DNA of 64,000 nucleotides from Candidatus Zixiibacteriota bacterium (GCA_043819555.1 JBDREQ010000073.1:96001-160000), one strand, 5' to 3'; shown: positions 1 through 11,100, counted from the first letter of the stretch. Program-made: numbers and translations. The notes: generated by a model from the sequence alone, not told the origin.

Positions 1-1461
1 ATTGGTATTTTTTCATTTTCTACGGTTTCTGCCCAGGTTTTGCAACGTGCGCCATCATTCTCTGAATACTGGCCCGCAGGCAAGAAAAAAATTTACAACT
101 TCTTTGTCGATAGCGTTGAGGTGGGAAAACTTGATGCGACCAATGCAGGGATGGAGGACGGACTCTGGAAGATTGAGGAAAACCTATTTTTGAATTTTCT
201 TAAAATTGGCATAAGTGATATCCGCATGACTGAGAATAAACTATATCTATTTCCCGATGGTCACGTCAATAATGTCAATATGTCTGTAATGAAGGATACC
301 CTTTTTGAAACTACTGTCGCATATTTTGATTCGATTGAAAATAAAATTAACTTAACAATTAATGAAAATGATAGTTATAATTTTTACTCGCATGTTCCGG
401 GCCCCGTATATTCCTGCGACGACAATATGTTTGATCAAATTGAAATAATTCTGGCGATGAATGATTTGAATCCGGCTGAAAATATCAAGGTTCCGATCTA
501 TACTTTTAAAAGTCGATACTATGTGGATTATGAATTTGATGTGATCAGAAAAACAGCGATTCGATACGGGAATTTTGCTGATTCGGTTTGGGAAGTCAAA
601 ATGCTCTATCCGGCCGATTTAACCGTCTTTATAAATGATAAACATGACCTGGTCAGGCTGGAGTATCCTAATCGTAATCTGGTATTTGAAATGGAACGCG
701 ATGTTTTTGAAGATTCAGGCACGGCGCCTGTTTTTGAGGATGAGGGATTTATTACCAATCATATAAAAAGAATGCCGATTTATGGCGTCTATTTGCTTTG
801 CGCATTTGTATGCGTGATGGCGTTTGGTCGAAAAGCCATGCATTTAAAGATCGCATACGTTTATTTTATTGCCGGCGGAATCATTTATTATTTCCTTGTA
901 ATTTCTTTAAATCCGCTGCAGCAGGAATTTTCATTAAGATATCTTTTTCCGGCGATTCAGGCGCATGAAACGGTTTTCTTACCGGCCATTATTTCTTCAA
1001 TAATGGTTGGCATATTCCACACAACATTTAAACTAATACCTATGATAATTCACGTAACACTATTAAATAACAAGAAGATAAACGCACTATATGTTGGCGC
1101 GTTTATCGGCGCAGGTTTGGGATTTATCGAAGCATCATATAATACCGGCCCGTTATTTCAGGCAGGGATTTTGCCGGGGGCAACGATTATTGAAAAAGCA
1201 TTTACCATATTATTTCATACTGCTCTTGGTGTCTTATTGGGCTATGGGATTGCCCGAAGAAAAACCTGGCTGTTTTGGTTATATGTTGTGGTCATCCAAT
1301 CATTCGTAGTTTATCTCATTGTTTTCGTTCAATCAGGGATTCTTGAGAAAAAGACTCTGGCGATTATTATGGTCACTTATTATATTCTGACTGCAATCGC
1401 GGTTTTTTATCTACGGCTGAATTATTTAAAGCTATCCGATAAAAATAAAAGGATACGGTAG
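1..1461 (+). CDS. 5'-partial membrane protein: extracytoplasmic N-terminal domain plus C-terminal PrsW/YhfC-like intramembrane protease fold
   Basis: Frame is open from base 1 (IGIFSFSTVSAQ, signal-peptide-like). C-terminal half has about 7-8 hydrophobic helices with GAGLGFIEA and LFHTALG motifs. Confidence 0.6.
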   Translation: MGIFSFSTVSAQVLQRAPSFSEYWPAGKKKIYNFFVDSVEVGKLDATNAGMEDGLWKIEENLFLNFLKIGISDIRMTENKLYLFPDGHVNNVNMSVMKDTLFETTVAYFDSIENKINLTINENDSYNFYSHVPGPVYSCDDNMFDQIEIILAMNDLNPAENIKVPIYTFKSRYYVDYEFDVIRKTAIRYGNFADSVWEVKMLYPADLTVFINDKHDLVRLEYPNRNLVFEMERDVFEDSGTAPVFEDEGFITNHIKRMPIYGVYLLCAFVCVMAFGRKAMHLKIAYVYFIAGGIIYYFLVISLNPLQQEFSLRYLFPAIQAHETVFLPAIISSIMVGIFHTTFKLIPMIIHVTLLNNKKINALYVGAFIGAGLGFIEASYNTGPLFQAGILPGATIIEKAFTILFHTALGVLLGYGIARRKTWLFWLYVVVIQSFVVYLIVFVQSGILEKKTLAIIMVTYYILTAIAVFYLRLNYLKLSDKNKRIR

Positions 1462-1466
1462 AGGAT

Positions 1467-2423
1467 ATGTTATTCGCTGGAATTGATATCGGGGCCACAA
1501 ATATCAAGTATGGTTTAGTTGAATCCGGCGGAGAGATTAAATTCAGGGGCAAGACGATTACTCCCGGAAACGGTTTGCCCAATAAATTATTTGAAAAAAT
1601 AATATACTGCGCCGAGCAATTGTTGCTTGAAGCCGATGATGCGAATTTGTCTGTTGGTCACCTTGGAGTCGGATCTCCGGGAGCGATTAATATCAAAACC
1701 GGGGTTGTTGCCGGGTCATGTCCCAATATACCTGGCTGGGTCGGGTTCCATTTGCGTGACCGATTATCGGAACATTTAAATATTCCTGTATTTGTTGATA
1801 ATGACGCCAATTGCGCCGGTTTAGCTGAATTTCGATTCGGAGCCGGGCAGGGCTACAACAATATAATCTGTCTGACGGTTGGAACCGGAATTGGCGGAGG
1901 CATAATTTTGAATGGGGAAATATATCATGGCAGCAATTATTCCGCAGGAGAGATTGGTCATACCCGAATTATCATAGATAAATCAGGCGGATTCGAATCG
2001 GATATACTTGAGAGTTTAGTTTCTTCTCGCGCAATTTTAACGCGGGTGAAAAATGGTCTCGAATCTGAAATGACACCGGCATTTCAAAATATTTTGAATG
2101 GGGATATGTCGAGGCTCACAATCCGGAAGGTGTTTAGGGCTTTGAAAAAAGGAGATAAAATCGCCCATGACGTTATTAGTGATTCGGCGCGAATTTTAGG
2201 AGTAGCATTATCAGGAATTGTGAATTTATTGAATCCTGAAATAATTATAATTGGGGGAGGGGTTGCCGAAGGCGGATATGAATTTGTCGATAATGTCAGG
2301 GAAACAATTTTATCTGAATGTCTGCCAGTAGCCGCGGAAACATTAAATATCATGCCGGCTCAGCTGGGCAACGACGCCGGATTTATAGGTGCGGCATTCC
2401 TGGGTGAAGGCAAAAAAAAGTAG
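1467..2423 (+). CDS. ROK family sugar kinase (glucokinase-like)
   Basis: GIDIGAT ATP-binding motif, VDNDANC, GTGIGGG and GEIGH; AGGA RBS upstream. Confidence 0.9.
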   Translation: MLFAGIDIGATNIKYGLVESGGEIKFRGKTITPGNGLPNKLFEKIIYCAEQLLLEADDANLSVGHLGVGSPGAINIKTGVVAGSCPNIPGWVGFHLRDRLSEHLNIPVFVDNDANCAGLAEFRFGAGQGYNNIICLTVGTGIGGGIILNGEIYHGSNYSAGEIGHTRIIIDKSGGFESDILESLVSSRAILTRVKNGLESEMTPAFQNILNGDMSRLTIRKVFRALKKGDKIAHDVISDSARILGVALSGIVNLLNPEIIIIGGGVAEGGYEFVDNVRETILSECLPVAAETLNIMPAQLGNDAGFIGAAFLGEGKKK

Positions 2424-2496
2424 TAATTATAAATTCTTACGATTTGGAGTTGACAAGAGTTTTAGTTTTAATAAATTGGCAAATCTAAATGCAGAT

Positions 2497-2569
<73 letters not shown>

Positions 2570-2586
2570 TTTTTTTCGCCCCATAA

Positions 2587-2659
2587 GCCACCGTAGCTCA
2601 GATGGTAGAGCAATTGATTCGTAATCAGTAGGTCAGCGGTTCGATCCCGCTCGGTGGCT
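2587..2659 (+). tRNA. tRNA-Thr (CGT)
   Basis: GCCACCG/CGGTGGC acceptor stem, anticodon arm ATTGA-TTCGTAA-TCAGT, T arm AGCGG-TTCGATC-CCGCT; CCA not encoded. Confidence 0.96.
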
Positions 2660-2723
2660 CTTTATATTTCTTTATTAATCTGAATCAGTCATTAAATTAA
2701 GCATAATCCCGGCCCGAAATAAT

Positions 2724-2752
2724 TTGACAATTGTTTTATTTGGCCTTATGTT
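2724..2752 (+). promoter_or_regulatory. sigma70-type promoter of the EF-G paralogue
   Basis: TTGACA-N17-TATGTT about 55 nt upstream of the likely start. Confidence 0.55.
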
Positions 2753-2805
2753 GGGCATCTATGTTAATTTGATATTTTGTGTCTTTTGAGGAGGATATTC
2801 CCAAG

Positions 2806-4881
2806 ATGGCTATGACCACAGATAAGATTCGTAACATCGCATTGGTTGGACAACGCGGCGCCGGAAAATCGACTTTGGCCGAAGCGATGGCCTTTTCCGC
2901 TGGTGTGACCAACAGACTCGGCTCGACGGATGAGGGTACGACTATTTCCGATTATACCGATGAAGAGAAATCGAAGCAAACGTCTTTAAACTTATCCTTG
3001 ATAAATTGTCCCTGGAAAAACAATAAAATCAATATAGTGGACACGCCTGGCCACATGGATTTTGTAGGTGAGGTCCTCTCCGGATTGGCTGTCGTTGATA
3101 CGGCGATTATGGTGATCAATGCCGGCAGTGGGGTCGAAGTCGGGACTCTCCAGTATTTTGATTATCTTGAAAAGGCGAAAAAAGCAACGATATTTGCCAT
3201 AAACCGCCTCGATAAAGATAACAGTGATTTTAAACGGAATTTGACAGCCTTACAGGACGCGTTTGGCAATAAAGTGATTCCAATTCAAATGCCGATTGGG
3301 GCGGCGGATAAATTCTCGGCCGTTGTTGATTTGATCAAGATGAAAGCGATATCATTCGACGATAAGGGTAAGCAAACTCCGAGTGATATTCCTGAGGACA
3401 TTAAACCTGATTGTGAAGCGGCTCGTGAAAAACTAATGGAAGCGGTCGCGGAATCGAATGACGAACTTTTGGAAAAATTCTTTGAAGAAGGCGCTCTAAC
3501 GGATGAAGAATTTAAATCCGGTTTGAAGAAGGGAATTGCAACCGCTTCGATATATCCGGTTATTGCCTGTGCGGCTGTTGCCAATATAGGCGCATCATCG
3601 ATACTTGAACTGGCGGTTGAATATTTTCCGAATCCATCGGAAGTCGCCCCGGTAAAAGCCAAAAACGCCGGCAATGATGAGGAAGTGGAAATTGTCTGTT
3701 CTTCGGGGAATCCAGTTGCGGTATATGTTTTCAAGACGATAAGTGAACAGCATGTAGGTGATCTTTCTCTGGTCAAGGTTTTCTCCGGTAAAATTAATCC
3801 AGGTTTGGAATTGACTAATGTGCAGACCAGTTCTGAGCGGGTAGGCCAAATTTACGAATTAACGGGCAAAGAGCGTAAAGAAATCGATGGGGCCGAAGCG
3901 GGCGATATTGTTGCTTTAGTGAAGCTAAAAAATACTCATACGGGAAATTCACTGTGCGTTAAAAGTAAACAGTTTATATTGCCGGAACCGGATTATCCCG
4001 AGCCCGTCATGGATATGGCCATCAGGCCAAAAGCCAAAGGCGATGAAGAAAAAATGGGAATGGGACTAAATAAGCTTAATGAATCGGATCCGACCTTTAA
4101 GATTGTGCAAGACCCAGCTCTGAGGCAGACTTTGCTCTTCGGTCAGGGCGATGCACAGATTGATTTGCTGGTTGATAAACTAAAAACGCGCTTTGGCGTT
4201 GAGGTGGAGCTGGATCGTCCGAAAATTCCTTTTCGTGAAACTATTCGCAGCAAAACCGAGATCCAGGGCAAATATAAGAAACAATCAGGAGGGCGAGGAC
4301 AATATGGAGATTGCTGGCTCCGCCTGGAACCTAAACAGCGAGGCGAGGGATTCGAATTTGCAGACGAGGTTAAAGGTGGGGTCATTCCCGGAAAGTTTAT
4401 CCCTTCGGTCGAAAAAGGCGTGGTCGATGCGATGCAGGAAGGGTTACTCTGCGGGGCGCCGGTCGTTGATATCAGGATAGCGGTTTATTTCGGTTCTTAT
4501 CACACGGTTGATTCTTCTGATATGGCATTTAAGATGGCGGGAATAATGGCGTTTAAAAACGGCTATCCCAATTGCAAACCGGTAATTCTCGAACCAATCT
4601 ATAATGTCAGTATTTTTGTGCCTGAAGATTATACTGGTGATGTAATGGGCGATATTTCATCGCGGCGCGGCAAGATTATAGGAATGGATCCTCTGGGAAA
4701 GATGCAGAGGGTTCGGGCCAGCGTCCCTCAATCGGAATTATATAAATACTCTGTAGATTTGCGGTCAATGACACAGGGGCAGGGAGTTTATTCACGGGAA
4801 TTTTCTCATTATGAAGAAGTTCCCCTTGATATCGCGCAGAAATTGCAGGAGGAATATAAGGCGTCGAAAAATCAGGAATAG
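2806..4881 (+). CDS. fusA: Elongation factor G paralogue (EF-G2 type)
   Basis: Full-length EF-G with DTPGH, KKQSGGRGQYG, SYHTVDSS and LRSMTQGQG; divergent G1 (GQRGAGKST). Start placed at the ATG after GAGGAGGA. Confidence 0.9.
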   Translation: MAMTTDKIRNIALVGQRGAGKSTLAEAMAFSAGVTNRLGSTDEGTTISDYTDEEKSKQTSLNLSLINCPWKNNKINIVDTPGHMDFVGEVLSGLAVVDTAIMVINAGSGVEVGTLQYFDYLEKAKKATIFAINRLDKDNSDFKRNLTALQDAFGNKVIPIQMPIGAADKFSAVVDLIKMKAISFDDKGKQTPSDIPEDIKPDCEAAREKLMEAVAESNDELLEKFFEEGALTDEEFKSGLKKGIATASIYPVIACAAVANIGASSILELAVEYFPNPSEVAPVKAKNAGNDEEVEIVCSSGNPVAVYVFKTISEQHVGDLSLVKVFSGKINPGLELTNVQTSSERVGQIYELTGKERKEIDGAEAGDIVALVKLKNTHTGNSLCVKSKQFILPEPDYPEPVMDMAIRPKAKGDEEKMGMGLNKLNESDPTFKIVQDPALRQTLLFGQGDAQIDLLVDKLKTRFGVEVELDRPKIPFRETIRSKTEIQGKYKKQSGGRGQYGDCWLRLEPKQRGEGFEFADEVKGGVIPGKFIPSVEKGVVDAMQEGLLCGAPVVDIRIAVYFGSYHTVDSSDMAFKMAGIMAFKNGYPNCKPVILEPIYNVSIFVPEDYTGDVMGDISSRRGKIIGMDPLGKMQRVRASVPQSELYKYSVDLRSMTQGQGVYSREFSHYEEVPLDIAQKLQEEYKASKNQE

Positions 4882-5037
4882 ATTTTGGGCAAATGGGAAT
4901 CGCTGCAAAAAAACAGGAGTGATTTCCAAGATTAATTGTTCTTTCTATTGACAAAGTTCGTCCTAAATTAAATATTATTGAGATTTAATCACCGGATGCG
5001 AGCAGCCGGTATAACCTTAACGAGGTAATGTAGGACA

Positions 5038-5691
5038 GTGGATATGAATCGTAAAATCTTTTTTGCAGCTGTTGTATCGTTTTTTATTTTTTCTTCGTTG
5101 GTATTGGCGCAATACGAAGATGAACCTTATGTCGAAGGTTTTGTTGGGGGGAATTATATTTCGCCGAGCGGTTACATCAAAAACGACCTGGAACCAGATA
5201 GTCTTAATGCCACTGGTGGTATAGGATTCAATATTGGGGCAGGGTACTATTTTAAGTCAAACCTGGTCATGGGATTATATTTTGGAGTAAATAATATGGG
5301 GGCGCAAGATATTGTTTTAAATCATCGCGTCTTCGATTTCGGACTTTATGCCAAGTATTTTGTTCGGGATATAACTGAATCATCATTATCGCCATATGTT
5401 AAGGTTTCAGGCGGGCTGGTTTTCAGCAAACTTATTACCAAAGTGACCAGCAATGGCAGCGTTGCCTTCAGGGAATTATCTTATTCCCCGGCTTTTGGAA
5501 CAGAAATTGCGCTTGGATTGCATTGGAAAACCAATGAACTTGGCGCCGTTTATTTTGAAGGGGGCTATAAAATTGATATGATGAATGGCGTCACAGGCGA
5601 GTTTAAGGGTGTTGATTATCCGTGGTCCGATAACAATAATTTCCTGATATTTCGCGCTGGTGTAACGGTTAATATCGGCCCCAAAGAATAA
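5038..5691 (+). CDS. Small outer-membrane beta-barrel protein (OmpA/OmpW-like transmembrane domain)
   Basis: Signal peptide followed by alternating Gly/aromatic beta strands (GFNIGAGYYF, YFEGGY, FRAGVTVNI). Confidence 0.7.
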   Translation: MDMNRKIFFAAVVSFFIFSSLVLAQYEDEPYVEGFVGGNYISPSGYIKNDLEPDSLNATGGIGFNIGAGYYFKSNLVMGLYFGVNNMGAQDIVLNHRVFDFGLYAKYFVRDITESSLSPYVKVSGGLVFSKLITKVTSNGSVAFRELSYSPAFGTEIALGLHWKTNELGAVYFEGGYKIDMMNGVTGEFKGVDYPWSDNNNFLIFRAGVTVNIGPKE

Positions 5692-5709
5692 TAAATAGAA
5701 AAATATGAT

Positions 5710-5748
5710 AAAAAAACCTTTTCTCAGAGTAGAGAAAAGGTTTTTTTT
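5710..5748. terminator. Intrinsic terminator, possibly bidirectional
   Basis: AAAAAACCTTTTCTC-AGAGTA-GAGAAAAGGTTTTTT inverted repeat with a T run. Confidence 0.8.
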
Positions 5749-5775
5749 GTATGATACAATTAAGGGGACAAAAAT

Positions 5776-7116
5776 ATGCCCAAAATTCTAATTGTCGATG
5801 ACGAAGCCACTCAGCGAGATATGCTGTCCGGTTTTTTAGAGAAAAAGGGATTTCAAGTTTACAAGGCATCGAATGGTCGGGAAGCTCTGGAAAAATATTC
5901 AAATATATTCGTCCCGGTCGCCATAATTGATATGAAAATGCCGGAAATGGGTGGGCTTGAATTGCTGGGCAAATTAAGGGATATTAATCCGTTTATCCAG
6001 GTGATAGTTTTAACCGCGTTTGGTACCGTGGAAACCGCGGTTGAGGCGATGCAGGGGGGTGCGTACGGATATCTGACCAAACCCGTCAATCTTGAAGAAT
6101 TGCTCATAAATTTAATAAGGGCTGCCGAAAAAAATCGTCTGATAGTTGATAATGATTTTCTCAATCGAACTCAAGTTGAATTGGCCGATATGCCAGAATT
6201 AATCGGGGAATCGGATGCTTTATTGAAGGTCCGTTCCCTTGTCTCGCGAGTAGGACCAACCGATTCGACAGTTTTGATTACCGGCTCCTCGGGTTCCGGT
6301 AAGGGGCTTATTGCCGAAATACTTCATAAATTGTCACCGCGGAAAAATAACCGTTTCGTACCGCTAAATTGTGCTTCATTACCAGAAACTCTATTGGAGT
6401 CAGAATTATTTGGTCATGAAAAGGGCGCGTATACGGGGGCAGATAAAAGGCGCCCCGGGCGGTTTGAATTAGCCGATGGCGGGGCAATTTTTTTGGATGA
6501 AATTGGAGATATGACTCCGGCAATGCAAGCCAAACTGCTGCGCGTATTGGAGGATGGCAGTTTTGAATCCCTGGGTTCGGATAAATCCAAAAAAGTCGAT
6601 GTTCGGGTTATTTCAGCGACTAATCGAGATTTGAAAGAACTCATAGAAGAAGGAAAATTCAGACAGGATTTATTTTTCCGAATAAATACCGTTAATATTG
6701 AAATGCCTCCATTGCGTGAAAGAGGCGGCGACGTTATGATATTAGCGGAGCATTTTATAAAAAAATCCGCGGCCAAAATGAATAAACATATTGAGGGCAT
6801 TACAAAAGCGGCCGCATCGCTTTTAGTTTCATATGATTGGCCGGGGAATGTCAGGGAGCTTCAGAATGTAATTGAACGGGCCGTGGTATTATCGGTTGAA
6901 AGCGTAATTGATGTCGATGTTTTACCCGGTTTGAGTATTTCTGAAATAAAAAAATCGCCTATGCGAAAAATTAGTCTTTCTGATTTGGAGCTGGAGCATA
7001 TTCAGGCGCTTTTGAATTCTGAAAATTGGAATATGCAAAAAACAGCCGATATTCTCGGAATTCATCGCAATACTCTTAGGCAGAAAATTAGAGATTATAA
7101 AATAAAGAAAGGGTAA
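5776..7116 (+). CDS. sigma54-dependent response regulator (NtrC/AtoC family: REC-AAA+-Fis HTH)
   Basis: REC (VDDE, DMKMP), Walker A GSSGSGKG, ESELFGHEKGAYTGA, FLDEIG, WPGNVREL and C-terminal LGIHRNTL HTH. Confidence 0.95.
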   Translation: MPKILIVDDEATQRDMLSGFLEKKGFQVYKASNGREALEKYSNIFVPVAIIDMKMPEMGGLELLGKLRDINPFIQVIVLTAFGTVETAVEAMQGGAYGYLTKPVNLEELLINLIRAAEKNRLIVDNDFLNRTQVELADMPELIGESDALLKVRSLVSRVGPTDSTVLITGSSGSGKGLIAEILHKLSPRKNNRFVPLNCASLPETLLESELFGHEKGAYTGADKRRPGRFELADGGAIFLDEIGDMTPAMQAKLLRVLEDGSFESLGSDKSKKVDVRVISATNRDLKELIEEGKFRQDLFFRINTVNIEMPPLRERGGDVMILAEHFIKKSAAKMNKHIEGITKAAASLLVSYDWPGNVRELQNVIERAVVLSVESVIDVDVLPGLSISEIKKSPMRKISLSDLELEHIQALLNSENWNMQKTADILGIHRNTLRQKIRDYKIKKG

Positions 7117-7291
7117 TATTCCACAATGCTGACAGTGTAATTAAATAATGGAAATTTAAAGGCAGGAAAATAGAAATAGCTAAACACAATAAAGGATTGT
7201 TTAATCTACTCTTTAGATAATTTCATGCGTATTAGGGGTTAAGTTACACTTATTATGTGGCGATTTTCTTTATAGAGGACTATATTTTAGC

Positions 7292-7999
7292 ATGAACTCA
7301 ATGGAAGATATAAAACTGTCATTATCTCAAGCCGGTCCTTCCGGCGAATTATCAATTATTCGTGCCGACGGAGTGGTTGATACGCTGACAGCTTCTGAGC
7401 TTGAAATCGCGATTGATACTTTACTCCGTCAGGAGAAGTTTAAAATCTTAATTGATTTGGGCGGCGTTGATTATATTTCCTCCGCCGGATGGGGAATCTT
7501 TGTATCCAAGATTCAACAAATCAGAGAAAAATCCGGTGATATTAAACTGGTCAACATGATTCCCAATGTTTATGAGATTTATGAACTCCTGGAATTTGAG
7601 CATATAATTCAAGCGTTTGATTCCATTGAAAGGGGAAAAGAAGCATTCAATATTTCCAATGCGGAATCTCAAAATACCGAAAAGGTCTGGAAAACGGGCG
7701 ATAGAATCGTTGATGAAACCGGCAGTAAGATCCAAACCGCATTATCACCCGGGAATAGATCGCGCTCGCTAAAAGAGCCCCCAGTCTTTTCTCCAAATAC
7801 TAAGCCAGAAGATATAATCGTCAATCTGGTTGCCGAAGATCCTTTTAGCTCCATATCAGAATTGGTACGGGATGCATCAGAACTGGCGCCTAAAGTCGAT
7901 TGGGGATGGTGGAAAGTATTTAATATTCTGCGCCAAAAAAAGCTGTTCAGCCGCCGTTCGAGATTTCGTCTTTCTCGCCGCATAATGCGCGGCCGTTAG
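7292..7999 (+). CDS. STAS-domain anti-sigma factor antagonist with C-terminal basic HTH-like extension
   Basis: DLGGVDYISSAGWG with the phosphorylatable Ser, then a linker and a ~60 aa basic helical domain. Confidence 0.8.
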   Translation: MNSMEDIKLSLSQAGPSGELSIIRADGVVDTLTASELEIAIDTLLRQEKFKILIDLGGVDYISSAGWGIFVSKIQQIREKSGDIKLVNMIPNVYEIYELLEFEHIIQAFDSIERGKEAFNISNAESQNTEKVWKTGDRIVDETGSKIQTALSPGNRSRSLKEPPVFSPNTKPEDIIVNLVAEDPFSSISELVRDASELAPKVDWGWWKVFNILRQKKLFSRRSRFRLSRRIMRGR

Positions 8000-8198
8000 A
8001 TCCAGGTTTCTTCTCGAAGAATTTTCTTAAAAATGCTTTGAAATATAAATATATTTTTATATAATTTACAGTAAGCCGTCTTAAGTAAAACCTCACCGCC
8101 CAAAAATTTAGAGAGAAAGGATCTAATTAAAGACGCCTTGACATAATTTGATTTCGTATTAACTTTGATTGGAATAATAGACTGGATAGGTAGCAATT

Positions 8199-11100
8199 AT
8201 GCCAATAAAAAAAACCGTTGTTTGCGGTTGGCCGATTTTCCTGATATTGTTTGTGTTTTTAAATGCATCGATTGTTGCTAATGATTCGGGAATTTCTTAT
8301 CAGCCCGGGAAAGCGCTTATTCTTGCGGATCACGGTTTTATTCCAACATTAAACGTTCTTTTTACAAGCGTAAGTGCGGCCGATGCTGGCATTTATCAGG
8401 GCTGGAAACTTCATTCTTTAGCAGACGATTATTCTGCTAAATATTTTGGGAAAAAGGCGGCCGGTGAAACTTTTCTGGCGGATATATATATACTTGAATT
8501 CCCCGATACGATCGATGTAATAGAAATAATAAGCAATATTAATAAAATGTCGGGGATCCGTATGGTTGAGCCCGATTACAAAATGGAATTATTTGACTGG
8601 CCGTCTAATTCCTTGTTTGAACATCAATGGTATTTTCATAACAACGGTCAGGAATACTACGGCATTATTCGTCATGAAGGGAAAAACAATGATACTTTAT
8701 ATATGGCAACCGGATTGACGGGTGAAGATATCAAAATGTCAACGGTTTATGATAACGCGCCCGCTGATGCTGTCGAAGTGATTGTGGCGATTCTCGATAC
8801 CGGTGTTGATTATGGACATCCTGATCTGTTAGGAAAAATATATTTTAATCAAGGTGATATGCCGGGAAATGATATTGACGATGATCATAATGGACTGGTC
8901 GATGACTATGTGGGGTGGGATTTTTCCGGGAATTCCATGTCTGTATTCGGAATCATTGGAGATAACGATCCGTCTGATAACGTCGGTCATGGAACTCATA
9001 TCGCGGGCTTGATTGCCGCCAATTGGGATCAATCCGGTATTGCGGGATTTCCGGGGAATATTAAGATTTTACCGGTAAAAATATTTCCGAGGGCATTTCA
9101 ATCGGTGACCGTTCCGGCTATTATTTATGCCGTTGAAATGGGCGCTCGGGTTATAAATATGAGTTGGGGTTCGCCCTTTGAGATGGGGATTCTTCACGAA
9201 GCAATAAAATACGCACATAGTCGTGGATGCATTATGGCAGCTTCTGCAGGAAATTTCGGCAATAGTTCGCTGGTCGTGCCGGCGGTTTTTGAAGAAACGT
9301 TTACCGTTGGGGGGACAAATTCTCAGGGATTTGTAACGGATTTTTCATCGTACGGACCTTCTCTCGATATAGTCGCGCCGGGCCGTGATATACTATCGCT
9401 CAGGGCAAGAAATACTGATTTATATGAAGATGAGGAACCGGGACTTCGCATAATCGCGGAAAATTATATTCTCGCCGACGGCACTTCAATGTCGGCGCCG
9501 CTGGTTGCCGGGGCGGCGGCCATGCTCTGGTCTTTTAATCCATCTATAGATGCGGCTACAATTGAACAAACTCTTAAAGAGACGGCCGATGATATTTTGG
9601 ACCCGTTCAATAAAGGCGACAATCTGCCGGGCTATGATACTTTATCAGGCTGGGGGCGTCTCAACGTCGGAGCCGCTTTTCAGGCGCTTAACGGAGTGAC
9701 CGCCTATATATCGAATCCGCGGAATACAGAGATTATTCAGGGTGAAATTACCATTGGAATTTCGGTAACCGGTGATTATTCCGGATTTGCTAAACTCTAT
9801 GTGGGGGAGGGAAAAAATCCGGAAGAATGGATTCTGCTTAAGGAGACACCATCTGCAATAAATGATCCGCAGTATTTCATTTGGGATAGTGATGGTTTGG
9901 CGGGCTACTATACTTTTAAACTGGTGACCCAAGCGGGGAGTCATAGAGTTACATGCCGCTTGATTAATGCCGGCGGGGCTCAATTAATATCTCCTGTAAA
10001 TGGAGAAGAGTACAATTACTTAATTTCAATTCAGGGATCGGCGTTCGGCCAGGGATTTGATTCCGTTGTTACTTCTTATCGTTCCGCAGAAGGGAATGAA
10101 TTTAATAGAATATTCAGTAGTCCCCAGATGTATTTTGATGATTACCTGACAGACTGGTCAATATTTTCGCTCGAAACCGGAGTTTATATTTTCAAACTGG
10201 AATCATTTTGCGGGGCGCAGATCTATTCTGATTCGGCAGAAATTAATATTGTAAACACTATGCGTTCCGGATTTCCCAAAGCGCATCCCGGCTTTTTGGC
10301 TTTTTCGCCCGGAACCTCGGATATTGACGGGGATGGCAAAAAAGAAATTGTAGTCGGGACTGACCATGGCGTTTACGCCTATAACGATGACGGTTCAATT
10401 CTTCCGGGATTCCCGGTTTATACTAATAAGGATATGCGGGCGATACCATCATTTGATGATGTTGATGGCGATGGATTGCTTGACATTATAATTTCTGGAA
10501 AAGATATTTTGGCTTGTTTCAACCATATGGGACAGCCGATAAGCGGATGGCCGCGGCAAGCCTCAACCGGTATGACTTACTATACCTATCCGGTTGTAAC
10601 GGCGACTGAACTATTCGATTATTCGGATTCGGTGACACTCTATATGTCGCCGTATGGTGAAGTCAGGGCGTACAATTTTGATGGTACCTCATATTTTTAT
10701 TCGCTTGATGGATTGTTTACCGCTCTTGATCCTAATATTTTTGATACTCTAGCCAATACCGGGTTATCGGCTCCGTTCGTGACAGCAACCGATTTGGAAA
10801 ATGATAACTCAATTGATGTTGTAGCCGTCTATGGTACAACGGTCGATGAATCCGGAGTGTATATCTGGAATGGAAGAAACGGTCTGGCTTTGCCGGGATG
10901 GAACTCTCCGCAGGCCCGAAATATTCGACTGACCGGGGGAGGAGTCCTGGCCGATCTTGATGAGAATGGAACTCTTGAAATAATTGTTGCCGGTGAAGAT
11001 TCCAACGGTTCCAATGGAATATGGGCATTGCAGAACGGCAAAGAAGATTTACCGGGATGGCCGGTTTTCCTTCCCGCCATTGACAACTGGATATCGACCG

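Noticed and set aside
4886..4930. GGGCAAA plus hairpin as a c-di-GMP-I riboswitch
   Set aside because: It lacks the GNRA-capped P2 and the GCAAAG/P3 elements; more likely a 3' hairpin of the EF-G gene.
7258..7273. sigma54 promoter before the STAS gene (TGGCGA-TTTTC-TTTA)
   Set aside because: The -12 GC is missing.
7996..8196. 66-aa minus-strand ORF in an AT-rich gap
   Set aside because: No motif or convincing RBS; the region looks like the promoter of the S8 gene (TTGACA at 8138).
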